NCBI GenBank assembly: GCA_021613535.1
Contig: CP075496.1
Span: forward strand, 6,262,001-6,326,000
DNA length: 64,000 nt
Direction of reading: 5' to 3'
Source: Adineta vaga
Lineage: Eukaryota; Animalia; Rotifera
The translations under genes and the position numbers were made by a program. The notes under the pieces are model-generated. The model had not been told where the DNA came from, searched no databases, and was given only the letters and a program-made list of their open reading frames with translations. The stretch's first letter is position 1. Each line of letters starts with the position of its first letter. This document shows, in pieces, positions 41,601 through 55,349 of the stretch.

Positions 41601-44166
41601 ATTTTCTATTGAGAAAAGCATGAAAGAGATCCGATTAAGATTGCATTTTTTTTCACTTAATCATAAAGCATGATGATTAGGGTTGGATCATTTTCTATGC
41701 AACTTAGCAAAACAGATAGAATGTTCGTATTTATATATGAGTAAAACTTGCCATCATCCATGAGTAGAAATGCATATCTCAAATTCATTTTTAATCTATC
41801 TCAGATGACATTCAAAGATCCTTTATCATGATATCTTCAACGTTCATTTGATATGGTTTCTTTTCTTGTTTTTTCTTTTTTTATCACAATTAGTATTCTG
41901 ATACTTTCGAAAACCATGTGAATAGCAAAAACAACACCTAAATCGTGATAAATTACCTTCACCATATAATGATGTAGCATCATCTAAAGTTTGATTTAAA
42001 CATAAAGCATCATAAGCTAAAATGGCACCATTCGCATCTCCAATCACCACAATCTTTAACAATGAAAAAAAACAACAATGCTTACAAACATTGTTTTCTA
42101 GTGTTTCTTTACTTGTCCTGAAAAATTCTTTCCTTCTTTCGATGAAATGAATTCTTGATGAACTTTATTAGCTGATGCAATTGCATTCGTTAAGATCGTT
42201 TGATAATTTGGATTCGAGGTTGCAAATAATGGTATTGCATTGATAGGTAATGTTTCACTATGTGTTATATCATATGAAACATCTGCTGTTCCGTATGGCG
42301 ACAAACTACTAAGTAAATTAATTGCTTCAATTGATATTGAACGACATTCAACGAAACGTATGGCAATTTTTCCTTCGATGCGTGGATAATGATTTCGTAT
42401 AACATTATCAAATGTTGTCCGAAAACTAAGAAAATCTGTTTTTTTTGCATTCTCAAATGAATCTTCTGTTGAAAAAATATTTCCTAATTAGACAAAAAAA
42501 AAAGAAATCAAAATTGATGAATGCAGTTTTTTCTTGTTCTTTTTTACATACCACCATAAAAAATCAACATTAAGAATTCAATTGAACATTTACTATTACT
42601 ATCATCGCCTGACAAACTAACATATGTACGTTCATCATCATCAATACTAGATAATAATGTTTCATCTTCTAATGTTTGTTGAAGATTTCTTAATGAACGC
42701 GATGTTAATATACCTTCGATGTAAGCTAAAAGAAATTGACTTATAGAAAGAAACATTAGAAATTCAATATTTTTACATTCAGCATCAAAATATTCATCAT
42801 CAGGAGTTTCATCGCGTGGTAATGGTGGAACAGGAAATGAATTAATTCTTGATCGATTAGCATTTAGATTATCGATTGATGTTTGTCGACTACGTTTAAC
42901 AGATAGTGGAGGATTAAGTTCATTGATTGATACAGTTGGTGTAAGTTGTGTGTCTTCATTTTCTGTCGTCGAATTTACAATTGATAAACGAATATTTTGA
43001 TTTTGAAAATGTGCCATACGTCTGTTTAATTCACGTTGTGTTTCATCTTCTAAACGACGAATATCTGCTAATGTTAAACCTTGATATTCATCTTGCCAAC
43101 ACCAAGCTTGTCGATGTGCACGTAGAATTGTTTTACGTAAAGCTATTTCATGTATAAAACGTTCACATTTACTTTGCATACCCCAATAACGAAATTCGAC
43201 TCGACATAATTTATATGCACACATAATGGACTCTTTTTTGGCAGATTTTTTCATCTGTTCAAACCAATCAGATGACAATGGACCTCGTCCTAAATCAAAT
43301 CAAACTCTCATCTTCATATGAAATTCTTCTTTTATATACAAACCAGTCTTCTCTGAATGAAATAATGCAGGATTTTCCACTGGCATATCAGACAATGGTT
43401 GACTTTGAACAATATCGAGAAATTCTAAATAGAATTTGATATCATTCTTTACGAAAAGAAAAAATATTTTAGCAATACAAACCAACAACACGTTGATCGA
43501 TTTCTTGTGGTTTTAGATTAAATATATTTTCTTGTGTACCAAAATCTGCTTGATAAGATGTTTCAACTTCAAGTATAAAACGTTCGATAAATGGACATCG
43601 ATAACGTGTTTTTGTATATGGATATGCATTCCATGCTTCTTCTTCAATTTTCATAGCACTTGCTGGTAGTATCGCTTTAAACCAAGCAGGTAAATGCCGT
43701 TCGATATGATAAATTTTAAATGTATATTGCCCATTTCCACCTGGTCCATTTGTATAAGGTTCATTTTTAATGATTTCAACACCACTACCTGGTGCATTAG
43801 TTTCTTCTCGACTTTTTTTCTTAAAAAGAATTACAATAATACAAGCATATATCTCGGCAGAAAAAAAAGATAGCTGATTAATTAATTTTAAAGAGAAGAT
43901 TTTCGTGTTAGCAAAATTACTCATGCAGCTATGAGCGCTGATTAGTAGTATTAAATTATAGAATTTTTCTTTCTTTTATTTTTTGCTCTTTACCTCTTTT
44001 TATTTGAATATTTCTTTTTCTTTTATTACTTTTAACCTGAAATTTCATATCGATTCATTTGTTCATCTTTTGAGCAATAAATACCTACCACAATCATATA
44101 TAATTGAGCAATACGATATTCATCGACGGTCATCGGCACTGGAATACGATATTCTTTAATCAACAT
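38644..44166 (-). CDS. PITPNM: Membrane-associated phosphatidylinositol transfer protein RdgB/Nir (PITP + FFAT + DDHD + LNS2)
   Basis: [51 protein letters not shown]-like [24 protein letters not shown] and VIFSIDGSF. Confidence 0.92.
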
Positions 44167-45319
44167 ATTGTTTTATTTGGAATCGAATGAATATAGACGA
44201 GGTTTTATAGTTTTTGAAAATAAGAAAAAGACAATTATTGTAATGTTGATAATGTTGCCGACTGTCATTGCATGTTCTCTATATGTGGATCATCTGAAAT
44301 CACTAGAGAAGTAGTTGTAGACATTTATTTTTTTTTCTTTTCCTTTTCTTCTTCTCTCGATTTCCGTTCTCGTCATTCTCTTTGTTTCTCTTTCTCTTTC
44401 TTTTCCTTCGTATTCTTGTTCTTTGTAAGTCGAAAGACTATATCGACAATGATGAGAAATAGAGAAGAAGAAAAAGAGAAAAGGAAAAAAAAGCTAACTA
44501 ACAACTCTGATGACTTGTTTTCTATTTTTCCACATGTCAAAATCTACTTCTACGCACGATCGCGTTCAGTTTTTTTATTTTCCATACAGAAAAAAAAGAA
44601 AGAATATGTCAACAACGACTAAACATTAATTTTGAGGTTTTTCTCACACATTTGGAATATTTTATGCGCATCATTTCTCTTTAAATATGTATAATAACGA
44701 AGAAAAATCGAATAATGAAGAGAGGAAATCAACTAAAAACAAAACATGCCTATGGGCTAATCTAACATTATCAACAAGTGCACGTTACTACTAACGATGA
44801 TGACACTCAATAAAACCGTCTCATGCATATTCTCTTTACTTATTTGACATCGTAAAGAAAAGAATTCTTTTAATTAATCCTAATCTAATATAGAAATAAT
44901 AATAATACTAAAAAAATTTCTCTTAATAATAATATAGATAAATAGTAGAATATAAACAATTCACATCCGGTTATTAGTATAACTAAAACATTGACGAAAA
45001 GAAAATCTTTGCACGGAAAGTTTTCTGTTCTATTTCTAAGAAGACAATATCTGGATTTTATAAAGGCGAAGAAAGAAAGAATGCCTGACTTCTTACAAAA
45101 GGTAGTTTTTGTTTTATATAGTATACTTCCGCTATCTGAAATATGAACGGAAATTTATTAATAGGAATGAATGAGGTTTTATCTAAAAATAGAATCTTTT
45201 TGTCGATCTATCATATAATTTTATTAGTTTAAAAAATATGAAATTGGATTTCAAAAATTCTATTTTATAAACAAGAGAGAGATATTAGTTTTTGCTTCCT
45301 TTTTTCTTAAAACATCATT

Positions 45320-45331
45320 GTTTCCGGTAAC
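45320..45331. promoter_or_regulatory. X-box-like motif upstream of RdgB
   Basis: GTTTCCGGTAAC, ~1.15 kb upstream of the RdgB ATG. Confidence 0.25.
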
Positions 45332-46428
45332 AAATGAGTTTGAATATTTACATAAATACTATTCTTTTTCAGTAGATTTTCATGCATCGAAAGAAAAAAA
45401 AATATATTGATAGTCTTATCAACTCAAAGATAAGGTAAGAGAGAGAGAGAACAGATAAATCAGAGTCTTTTCTATATTATTCTGCATGCATTGAAGATTA
45501 GAGATTAAATGAATATATCATCATGCTAATATTTATTAAGAAAAATTTTTTTTTTCTTTCTCTCATGAAATTTTCAAGAAATGAAAATATTCCTCTAAAG
45601 TAGATAATCATTATTGACAATACAGAATTCTTTCGGAAATGCAGAACGACAGTTTTTAATAAAAACTATATGAAAAATAAATAAAAGCGAAGATAGACAA
45701 TTTACACGACACATTTGTTGACGTTGCTTTCTATAAGAGAACATATCATGTGAGAATGATCTCGAGGTCTCCTTCGTCGATCTTCTTCCGTCTTGGAGAT
45801 TAGTGTGAATAGATATAGATATATATATATAAATATACAAGAGTTGATTAGCTCTCTCGCAATGTTAATGATTTCCTACGAATATAGAGTTCATTCTATA
45901 GAGATCTTAATTATCAGTTATACCAAAAATAGATAACACGATAGCGTTTGTCAAATGAAATTTCTTGCAGTTGTTTATATTAACGATAAACTGTATGATC
46001 TTTACAGTTGAATAACAAGAGTTAAGAATTGTTGTCGTTCAGATAAGAAATAAACAAATCTAATCTATCTGATGGCATCAATATATCTTCTGCAATGTTC
46101 TTTTTATACAAAACAATTCTTACGATTACACAATATCGAACGTAGATTACCGTGATTTGTTAGTTCAAGAAAAATACATTACATTTCGTATTTGTGACTT
46201 TTTTAATCTAAACTATTATTTAATCTAAAATAGAAATCAAATACTGTTATTTTTTTGTATATGTACATAATCTATTTAGATAAAAAATACAGGAATACAT
46301 TTTTCCAATTAATGCTAACCAATTTGACAGAGAAAAAAAGTATCTTTTCTGTCTGTTGCTTAGTACAAAAAAATAACAACATAAAGGCAAAATTCATAGT
46401 TGTTCGTTGAATATAGAATGATCTAAGA

Positions 46429-47207
46429 TCAATTAAAAATTATGAATAGAATCACTGCTAATGCAATGCCGAGAAATACGCGTGATAATAAATCATGTTG
46501 ATAACGTTCAGGTGTACCAGGTGGTGCTAAAGAGAAGAGAATTGCTTGAACTAGGAAAAAATAAATCTTTAGATAAGAACTACTTACGTGGAGCATATTG
46601 AAAATCATTGGGATTTGTAATAAATGTCGTTTGAAAGAGACCAAATGGAAAGGCACCAACACCAAATGACATTTGAAAATTAACACCATCACCAAATCCA
46701 AAAGTCTTGAAGAGAACATGTGTTATAGATATAAAATGATTCAATTAATCCTACTCGATTTCGACGCGGTTCCTGTCTTGTTCCAGCAGGTCTTGGTGGT
46801 GTTGTATTTCTACAAAGAATCGTTCGAAAGAGAAATCAACATTGTCGTGGAAAATTCTTATACCTTGGATCTGTCTGTGGAGAATTGCGCCCATAAATAG
46901 GTACTAATTTATCACGTGATATACTACTTTTACACACAGGACAAGTGGGATTATGTGCTCGAGTTTCCAACCATTGATGAATGCATGGCCAACAAAATAG
47001 ATGACCACAAAGTGATAGAACAGCATCTCGAGCTGTATCTAAACAGATCTAATTTACAAAAACGAGAAGGATATTATTTTGTTCAGTTCTTTTTTGACGT
47101 ACGTTGCATTCAAAACCCGTTTCTTTCTCATTAGTTGTTGTTGTTGTTGCTGATGATGGTTGTTTTTCTTCACTATTATCAGTAGATGGTTTTTCTGTTG
47201 ATTCCAT
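46429..47207 (-). CDS. RNF5: ERAD RING E3 ligase RNF5/RNF185
   Basis: Spliced [49 protein letters not shown] and [15 protein letters not shown] region, with a C-terminal transmembrane segment. RNF5 and RNF185 cannot be distinguished. Confidence 0.9.
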
Positions 47208-47453
47208 ATAATTAGATGTCTTGAAAAAGAATTTCACACAACAATTCGAGAATATGAATTAATCAGGTAGATTAAGCTTATAGAATTTTCCTAGCAGAGA
47301 CGTCATTGTTGTCTTGATGAACGATTGGTTTTGGTTATACCATTGATAAACAGTATGAGCCTCCGATTCATCTTGTAACCAATAGGAATGCAAGTCAAAA
47401 GAAGATGATAAAAGAACGAATGCACGAGTATTAGCTTGTCAATTAAAGAAAGT

Positions 47454-47931
47454 ATGTCGACGATTCCAGATGATTTTGTCAATTTTATCGTACCTGTAAT
47501 TCAAGAATTTGATGGAGTTGTCGAACAGACTCGGTATGTAGACGATTATTTTCATTGTTCTAACTAAAAACTTGATTCGGTTATGTAGACATCGTCAACT
47601 TGCACTTGGAAATTGTCTAACAGCAATGAATGATGGTAGATTTACATTAAGAATTATAATTTACATTCATTTTCATTCTTCGTCATTTAGAATTAGCTAC
47701 GCTATATAAACAATGTCCAGGTGATCGTGAGATCGAAGAATATATTAGACGAATTCATGCTTTAAGACAGCGGATGATTGAAGCGAATATTCATGTGAAA
47801 ATTATCGAAGTATGAAAACGTGTTCATCGATCTATTTCTGTTCGAGATAGTTTTCAAATGATTTTTTCTTTATTCTAATTTAGGATCGACTAGGTAAAAT
47901 GGAACAATCTATAACTAAAATAAAGACATAA
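47454..47931 (+). CDS. SNAPIN: SNAPIN (BLOC-1 subunit 7), 4 exons, absent from the ORF track
   Basis: Hand-spliced MSTIPDDFVNFIVPVIQEFDGVVEQTRHRQLALGNCLTAMNDELATL...IEEYIRRIHALRQRMIEANIHVKIIEDRLGKME fits the Snapin pattern P.(I/V)..(L/F)D..V...R..Q..L...Y..(K/R)....R.R......DRL. Confidence 0.75.
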
Positions 47932-47985
47932 AAATTTTATTTCCATGTAATAAAAAAATCCGAAATCAAAACAAAAGTAGAGCAT

Positions 47986-48801
47986 TCATTTTTCTTGAAG
48001 TTCAGGAGCAGATGGATAATTATCATCATAGTTAACAGTACATTCTGGTAATTCATTATTTAATAATTTAATAATTCCATCACGATTTCTAATACCGGGT
48101 AAACGTGCTAAATCGATTTGTTTCAAATTTCTACAAAGTATAAGCACATAAGAAACGAAGAATTATTAATAAACATACTTTAGATCTGTTAAATTACCAA
48201 CACCATCTTCAGTGATTTGAGGAAGATCAATTAGAGCAATAGATTCTAATGTATCTTTTACTTGTTTTAATCGAACGATTGTACCTATACAAATCTACCT
48301 GCTTATCAATTGAAAAAGAAAACATTTAAATTTACCATCACCAACTTGATCACATTTTTCTAAATGAACTTTTTTCAAATCAGTTAATCCCTCTAAACAG
48401 TAAAACACGGGATTAAAATGAACACAATCATAGAAAAATCTCGTTTACTTAAATAAGCAAAACCGTCGGATGTAATACAAGCTTTGACAGCACGGATTTC
48501 TTCGAGTTTCTGTTGACTCGATGCACCGGTTGGTATAGAATTGTAATCTGCAGTAATCGAATGACAATTTTTAAAACGCACTGAACCACTGCATCGTAAT
48601 AACCATTCAGCACAAGCACGATCAGGACCAATTTCTTGAACACGTTTTTGATCGTATCTGTAGAATATTTTGAAAATATGCGATAACAAAATTTTTGAAT
48701 TTGTTTTACCTGTTCCAAACAATATTTAACCAAGAAAAAAATTGTCGATTATTTGTTAATGATATATGTGAAGTTAATCGTCTAGTAAGAACAGATGTCA
48801 T
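47986..48801 (-). CDS. ATP5S: ATP synthase subunit s / factor B, mitochondrial
   Basis: FFSWLNIVWNRYDQKRVQEIGPDRACAEWLLRCSGSVRF plus an LRR-like C-terminal half. Presequence MTSVLTRRLTSH. Four introns. Confidence 0.88.
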
Positions 48802-48829
48802 CTAAAAAATAAGAGGGAAAAGCAATTGT

Positions 48830-49573
48830 TTAAAGAATATTTTCTTTTTTTAAAATTTCGTGAACATCTTTCATTGTTTTCCAAACAAATAATTCCGTTT
48901 TTAATTGTTCATGATATCGATTTTTTAATAGATCATACATATGATAAATTCTTCCAGATGTTTCATCATATTTTGCAAAAACACAATCAGTTTTTCTCAA
49001 ATATAATGCAGCACAAACATCATTGTCACCATCACCAACAAAAATAATTCTATCATAGAGATTTTTATTACGGTATTGATCTATAATCGAACCTTTACAT
49101 AGATTTGGATCACACAATTTGCATGTTGTTTGTAGAGGATTTTCATATTCATCAATCACTATAATCGGATCAACTTGTCGAACTGGATTGCTTTCTATCT
49201 TATCGACATATTCTAATAGATTTTGTGCACGAAGACATTCTTCAACTACCAAATCGCATGCATTACTCATAATGACTATTTTACCATTCTGAATATTGAT
49301 ATCTTCGAAAAGTTCACGAGTACCTGGACTTAATTCGATTGTACGAAAAGCTTCGATTAACTGTTTTGTATGAATACCTTGTTCAGCAAGTTGTTTATGA
49401 ATTTCATTCATTCGTCGATTCCAACAACGATGAACTTTTTCATAATTATGATCGATTTCATGAAGATTTAGTTTATCTTTATTGGGAGCGAGTTCTTCGA
49501 TAGGATAACATGATGCACGAACTGATAAAGTTTCATCGAAATCAAAAATAAAAAGATTTGGTAATTTTGACAT
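48830..49573 (-). CDS. PHOSPHO1/2-like HAD phosphatase, intronless
   Basis: FDFDET (DxD motif), IVIMSNA, CxxCxxNLCKG and FVGDGDND. Confidence 0.88.
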   Translation of the reverse strand: MSKLPNLFIFDFDETLSVRASCYPIEELAPNKDKLNLHEIDHNYEKVHRCWNRRMNEIHKQLAEQGIHTKQLIEAFRTIELSPGTRELFEDINIQNGKIVIMSNACDLVVEECLRAQNLLEYVDKIESNPVRQVDPIIVIDEYENPLQTTCKLCDPNLCKGSIIDQYRNKNLYDRIIFVGDGDNDVCAALYLRKTDCVFAKYDETSGRIYHMYDLLKNRYHEQLKTELFVWKTMKDVHEILKKENIL

Positions 49574-49884
49574 AGAAAAAAAATCTAAAAGAAGAGAAAA
49601 GTACGAATCATCTGCAGGTGGTTTCTTTAATAGTGATAGTTGTTAAATAACAGTATCAGTAAATATGAAGTGAAAGTCTGGATAATTCCATCATATATTA
49701 AAAATCATTCGTCGTAATCGTTCGATCTAATTAATTATTTATTTATTTATAATCATCAAAAGTTTCTCTATGAATACAATTACAAGAACACTAATTAATA
49801 TTTTACACCTATTGTATTGTTGTTATTGTTGTAAAATAGATTTTTATTTTTAAAAGAAATATGACATATAAATGGAACGCAATA

Positions 49885-52434
<2,550 letters not shown>

Positions 52435-52470
52435 TTTATCTATAAGAATATATATATATACATTAATCGA

Positions 52471-52497
52471 TGATGCAAACGTGATGTCATTGCATCA
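52471..52497. promoter_or_regulatory. Inverted pair of C/EBP-ATF4 (AARE) elements flanking a CRE-like octamer
   Basis: TGATGCAAA (52471-79), TGATGTCA (52482-89) and ATTGCATCA (52489-97), 40-60 nt upstream of KARS exon 1. Confidence 0.6.
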
Positions 52498-52758
52498 GAT
52501 GAATGATATATGACGAAATGGGATACTGCTGAAGTTTTTAATTTATTTTATGACACAGATGATGAAAAAAGAACACAGAACGAGAACAAAGGAATCATCA
52601 GAAGTTATGGTTAAGAAAAAATTATAGTTTAGTATGTCAATCTTTCATTTTTTTTTGATTCGTCGAACAAAATAAAAAATGCAATAAGTAACTATTGCAC
52701 AAGTCGCGAAAAGAAAATGCTTGATTACATTACAGATAATACTAGAGATAGTTAGTAT

Positions 52759-54846
52759 TTAGTCTTTTTTTGATAAATTTTCTTCCGATGATGATAATTC
52801 TGGATGTTGATCGTGTGAATTATCAGTCGATGTTAGACGAGATTGAGTTGTATTTTCTGTCGCTGGAACATGAATAGATCGATGTGTTACAATGGATTCT
52901 GAATCTTTCGATTCGTTGTCTATTTATAAAAGAAACTTTTAATGGCAGAGCAATGTATTGAAAAGGAGAAATATACCTCTAAGAGAATCCGATGATTCTG
53001 ACGAAGATAAATCACTGCAAGTGGCGATGGACTCATTCGGTGGCTGAGTTGTTGTTGTTGTTGTTGTTGTTGTTGTCGATGGAGGATCGTGTGCAACAAT
53101 ATTACCATGAAAAACAGGCTTTTGTTTACGAGCACTGTTGAAATAATTACAATATGCACAACGAAAAGCTAAAGAAATATCAAGATAATCAATGATCATC
53201 AATAAATTACATTAGAAATCTTACACAAATATTCATATTCTTCTTCCAATGCCATGCCTATGAAAAAACAAATAAACAAACAAATATTGTAATTGATATA
53301 TCTTCGATTTCATATGATAACAAACCATTATGACTGTTGCAAGATTTACAAATTAATGCATATCTAAATTGGAAGTAAGAATGATATAGATTTATATTCT
53401 AATAAAAAGATTCTACAAGCAAATGGTGAAATGTATAAACCTTCTCCTAAGTGAGAAAAAACCTTTCTACCGAAATCGAAATTTCCATCGTTCATGTAAA
53501 CGCTCGTCGCAAATTAAACTGCAATAGGGAAAACTCAGATCGATGTTGAATTCTATTGTTTTTATAACAAAGCTAATCAATTTTATTCAGCTTACCGTTT
53601 TGATGGACCATCACCTACAATAGAATCGAGTATGGTTCCCCAGAATGTTCGTTGTGGTGGTAGAATTGCTCGTGGTAATTTACCAGGTGTTGTGTTTCCT
53701 AATTAGACATGAATCTGAAGAGTTATAACGAAGAGAAAGAAAAGACAATACCATTTAAACGGACAGGTTCAGCGGTTCCTGGTGTTTGTGAATTACTCGG
53801 TTCTAATCGACCGATATTAAGATGATGCAACTAAAATGAAGAAAATCTTAACAGTGAAAGACAACAAAAAACTCGCTTACCAGTAACAGTTGGTTTATCT
53901 GAACCAGGTGTTGTCGGTTTGATTGATACACGCTGACGAAGATCTACAGATATCAATTAGAAAACAAAACATAGATTAATGTCTTCATAACCAGAAATAT
54001 TTCATCTATAATCTTTCTCACATTTGGATATTAGATCTCGACCTACCTGGATTTGTATTTCCAGTTGTTGTTGCTCCTGCTGGTTGAACAACTGGTGTTA
54101 CTGTTTCACCATATTTCTCTAGAAGAGATTTTGCTACTGAATATGTTTCTTTTGTTTTCACTTCTTCAATCTACAAAATCAAATAAATTGGATTAAAAAT
54201 ATTTTGTTAAATTTTAATCATTACCAATTCTTGTTTTCGATCTTTGAACAATGCTAATCGATCTTCTACAAAATAATTAAAAAAAAGAACTCTACATACT
54301 TTGTTCCTTCTTTACTCGTTTCACACAAACCTTTCATTCGAATAATTGTTCGAAAATACCAACGAATAAGCCAAAATATTCCACACAATCTATTTGTTTT
54401 TATAAAAGAAAGAAAAACGTCTTCATTCTATGAGAAAAGCAGTAGATGACTTACAGAGCTCCTAAGGCTACAGATATCATCACTGCATAGGTGCGAATTA
54501 GATAATCATGTGAAAGAAAGAGGGTAAAATACGTGATATTGACAGTCACATATGCAAGGATAGCATAAATAGCAAACCATTTCGTCCATACTCGTTGTTG
54601 AAGACGATTTTGAGTCAGAGCTTGCTGTAAATGAAGTGATTCCTATAAAGATAAAGATGAAATAAAATCTTGTTATAGAAAAAAGAAAAGAAAAGGAATC
54701 ATACTGTATGGAGATCATCGAGTTCTTCAGAGAGAGTAGTACGAAATTTCTATAAGACATAAAGTTATTAATTCAAACAAATGAAAGAAGAAAAATCAAA
54801 AACATACGAATATTCGAAATGTAAATAATCGATGAAGGAAAGACAT
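52759..54846 (-). CDS. LNPK: ER junction protein lunapark
   Basis: N-terminal transmembrane hairpin, EEVKTKETYSVAKSLLEKYG, VGDGPSKRYALICKSCNSHNGMA and FRCAYCNYFNSARKQKP. Confidence 0.9.
53048..53076. repeat. (GTT)n coding microsatellite (poly-Thr in lunapark)
   Basis: About 9 gtt units. Confidence 0.8.
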
Positions 54847-55349
54847 ATTCGAAGATTAATCTATGAAATTTTTATAATGAAAATTAATAAATACAAATCA
54901 TCGAAATCAATCAATATCTCACTTTCTCGTGAGTTTATATATGAAACTATAAAATAGAAAGAATGTCTCTCAACTGCTTGTGGTTTCTTTTGTTTTTTTG
55001 TACGTAACAGACTACAGCTGTTGTTAGTTGAATTTCCTTGAAAAGCAAATGACGCCCTACGAAAGTCCGATGTTCTTTCTAAGCAGAGACTGAGTATAAA
55101 ACGAAACGTGTATGTTTACTATATTGTTGTTTCTTTCTTGTCTCGACCCGATGAAGTCTCTTATGATTCATGTGGTTTGACGTAATTTAACCAATCCGTT
55201 TATTGATCAGTTCTGTCCTATGTTTTTATTTTTCTCTTCTTTCTTTTTTTTTCTTCTATTCTTGCACCCCTATCGTCGTAGCGTATATTTAATAACTGTT
55301 TTCCCCAATTTTTCTTTCATCAGATAGAAGATACACGAAAGATCGAACA

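Noticed and set aside
41745-41800. Possible alternative RdgB exon with a GC donor in a long intron
   Set aside because: As a cassette it introduces a stop in the incoming phase, and there is no support for it as an alternative first exon.
44794-44853. C/D snoRNA-like segment (ATGATGA...TTGA with ACGATG/CATCGT ends)
   Set aside because: Box D is non-canonical, the stem overlaps box C, and no rRNA guide is recognisable.
44272-45840. ORFs 44272-44622 and 45595-45840
   Set aside because: Composition-driven ORFs in the RdgB upstream region with no recognisable motifs.
55085-55162. Hammerhead-like fragments (CCGATGA, CGAAAC, GAGACT/AGTCTC stem)
   Set aside because: The core is not CTGATGA, and the stems cannot be arranged into a three-way junction.
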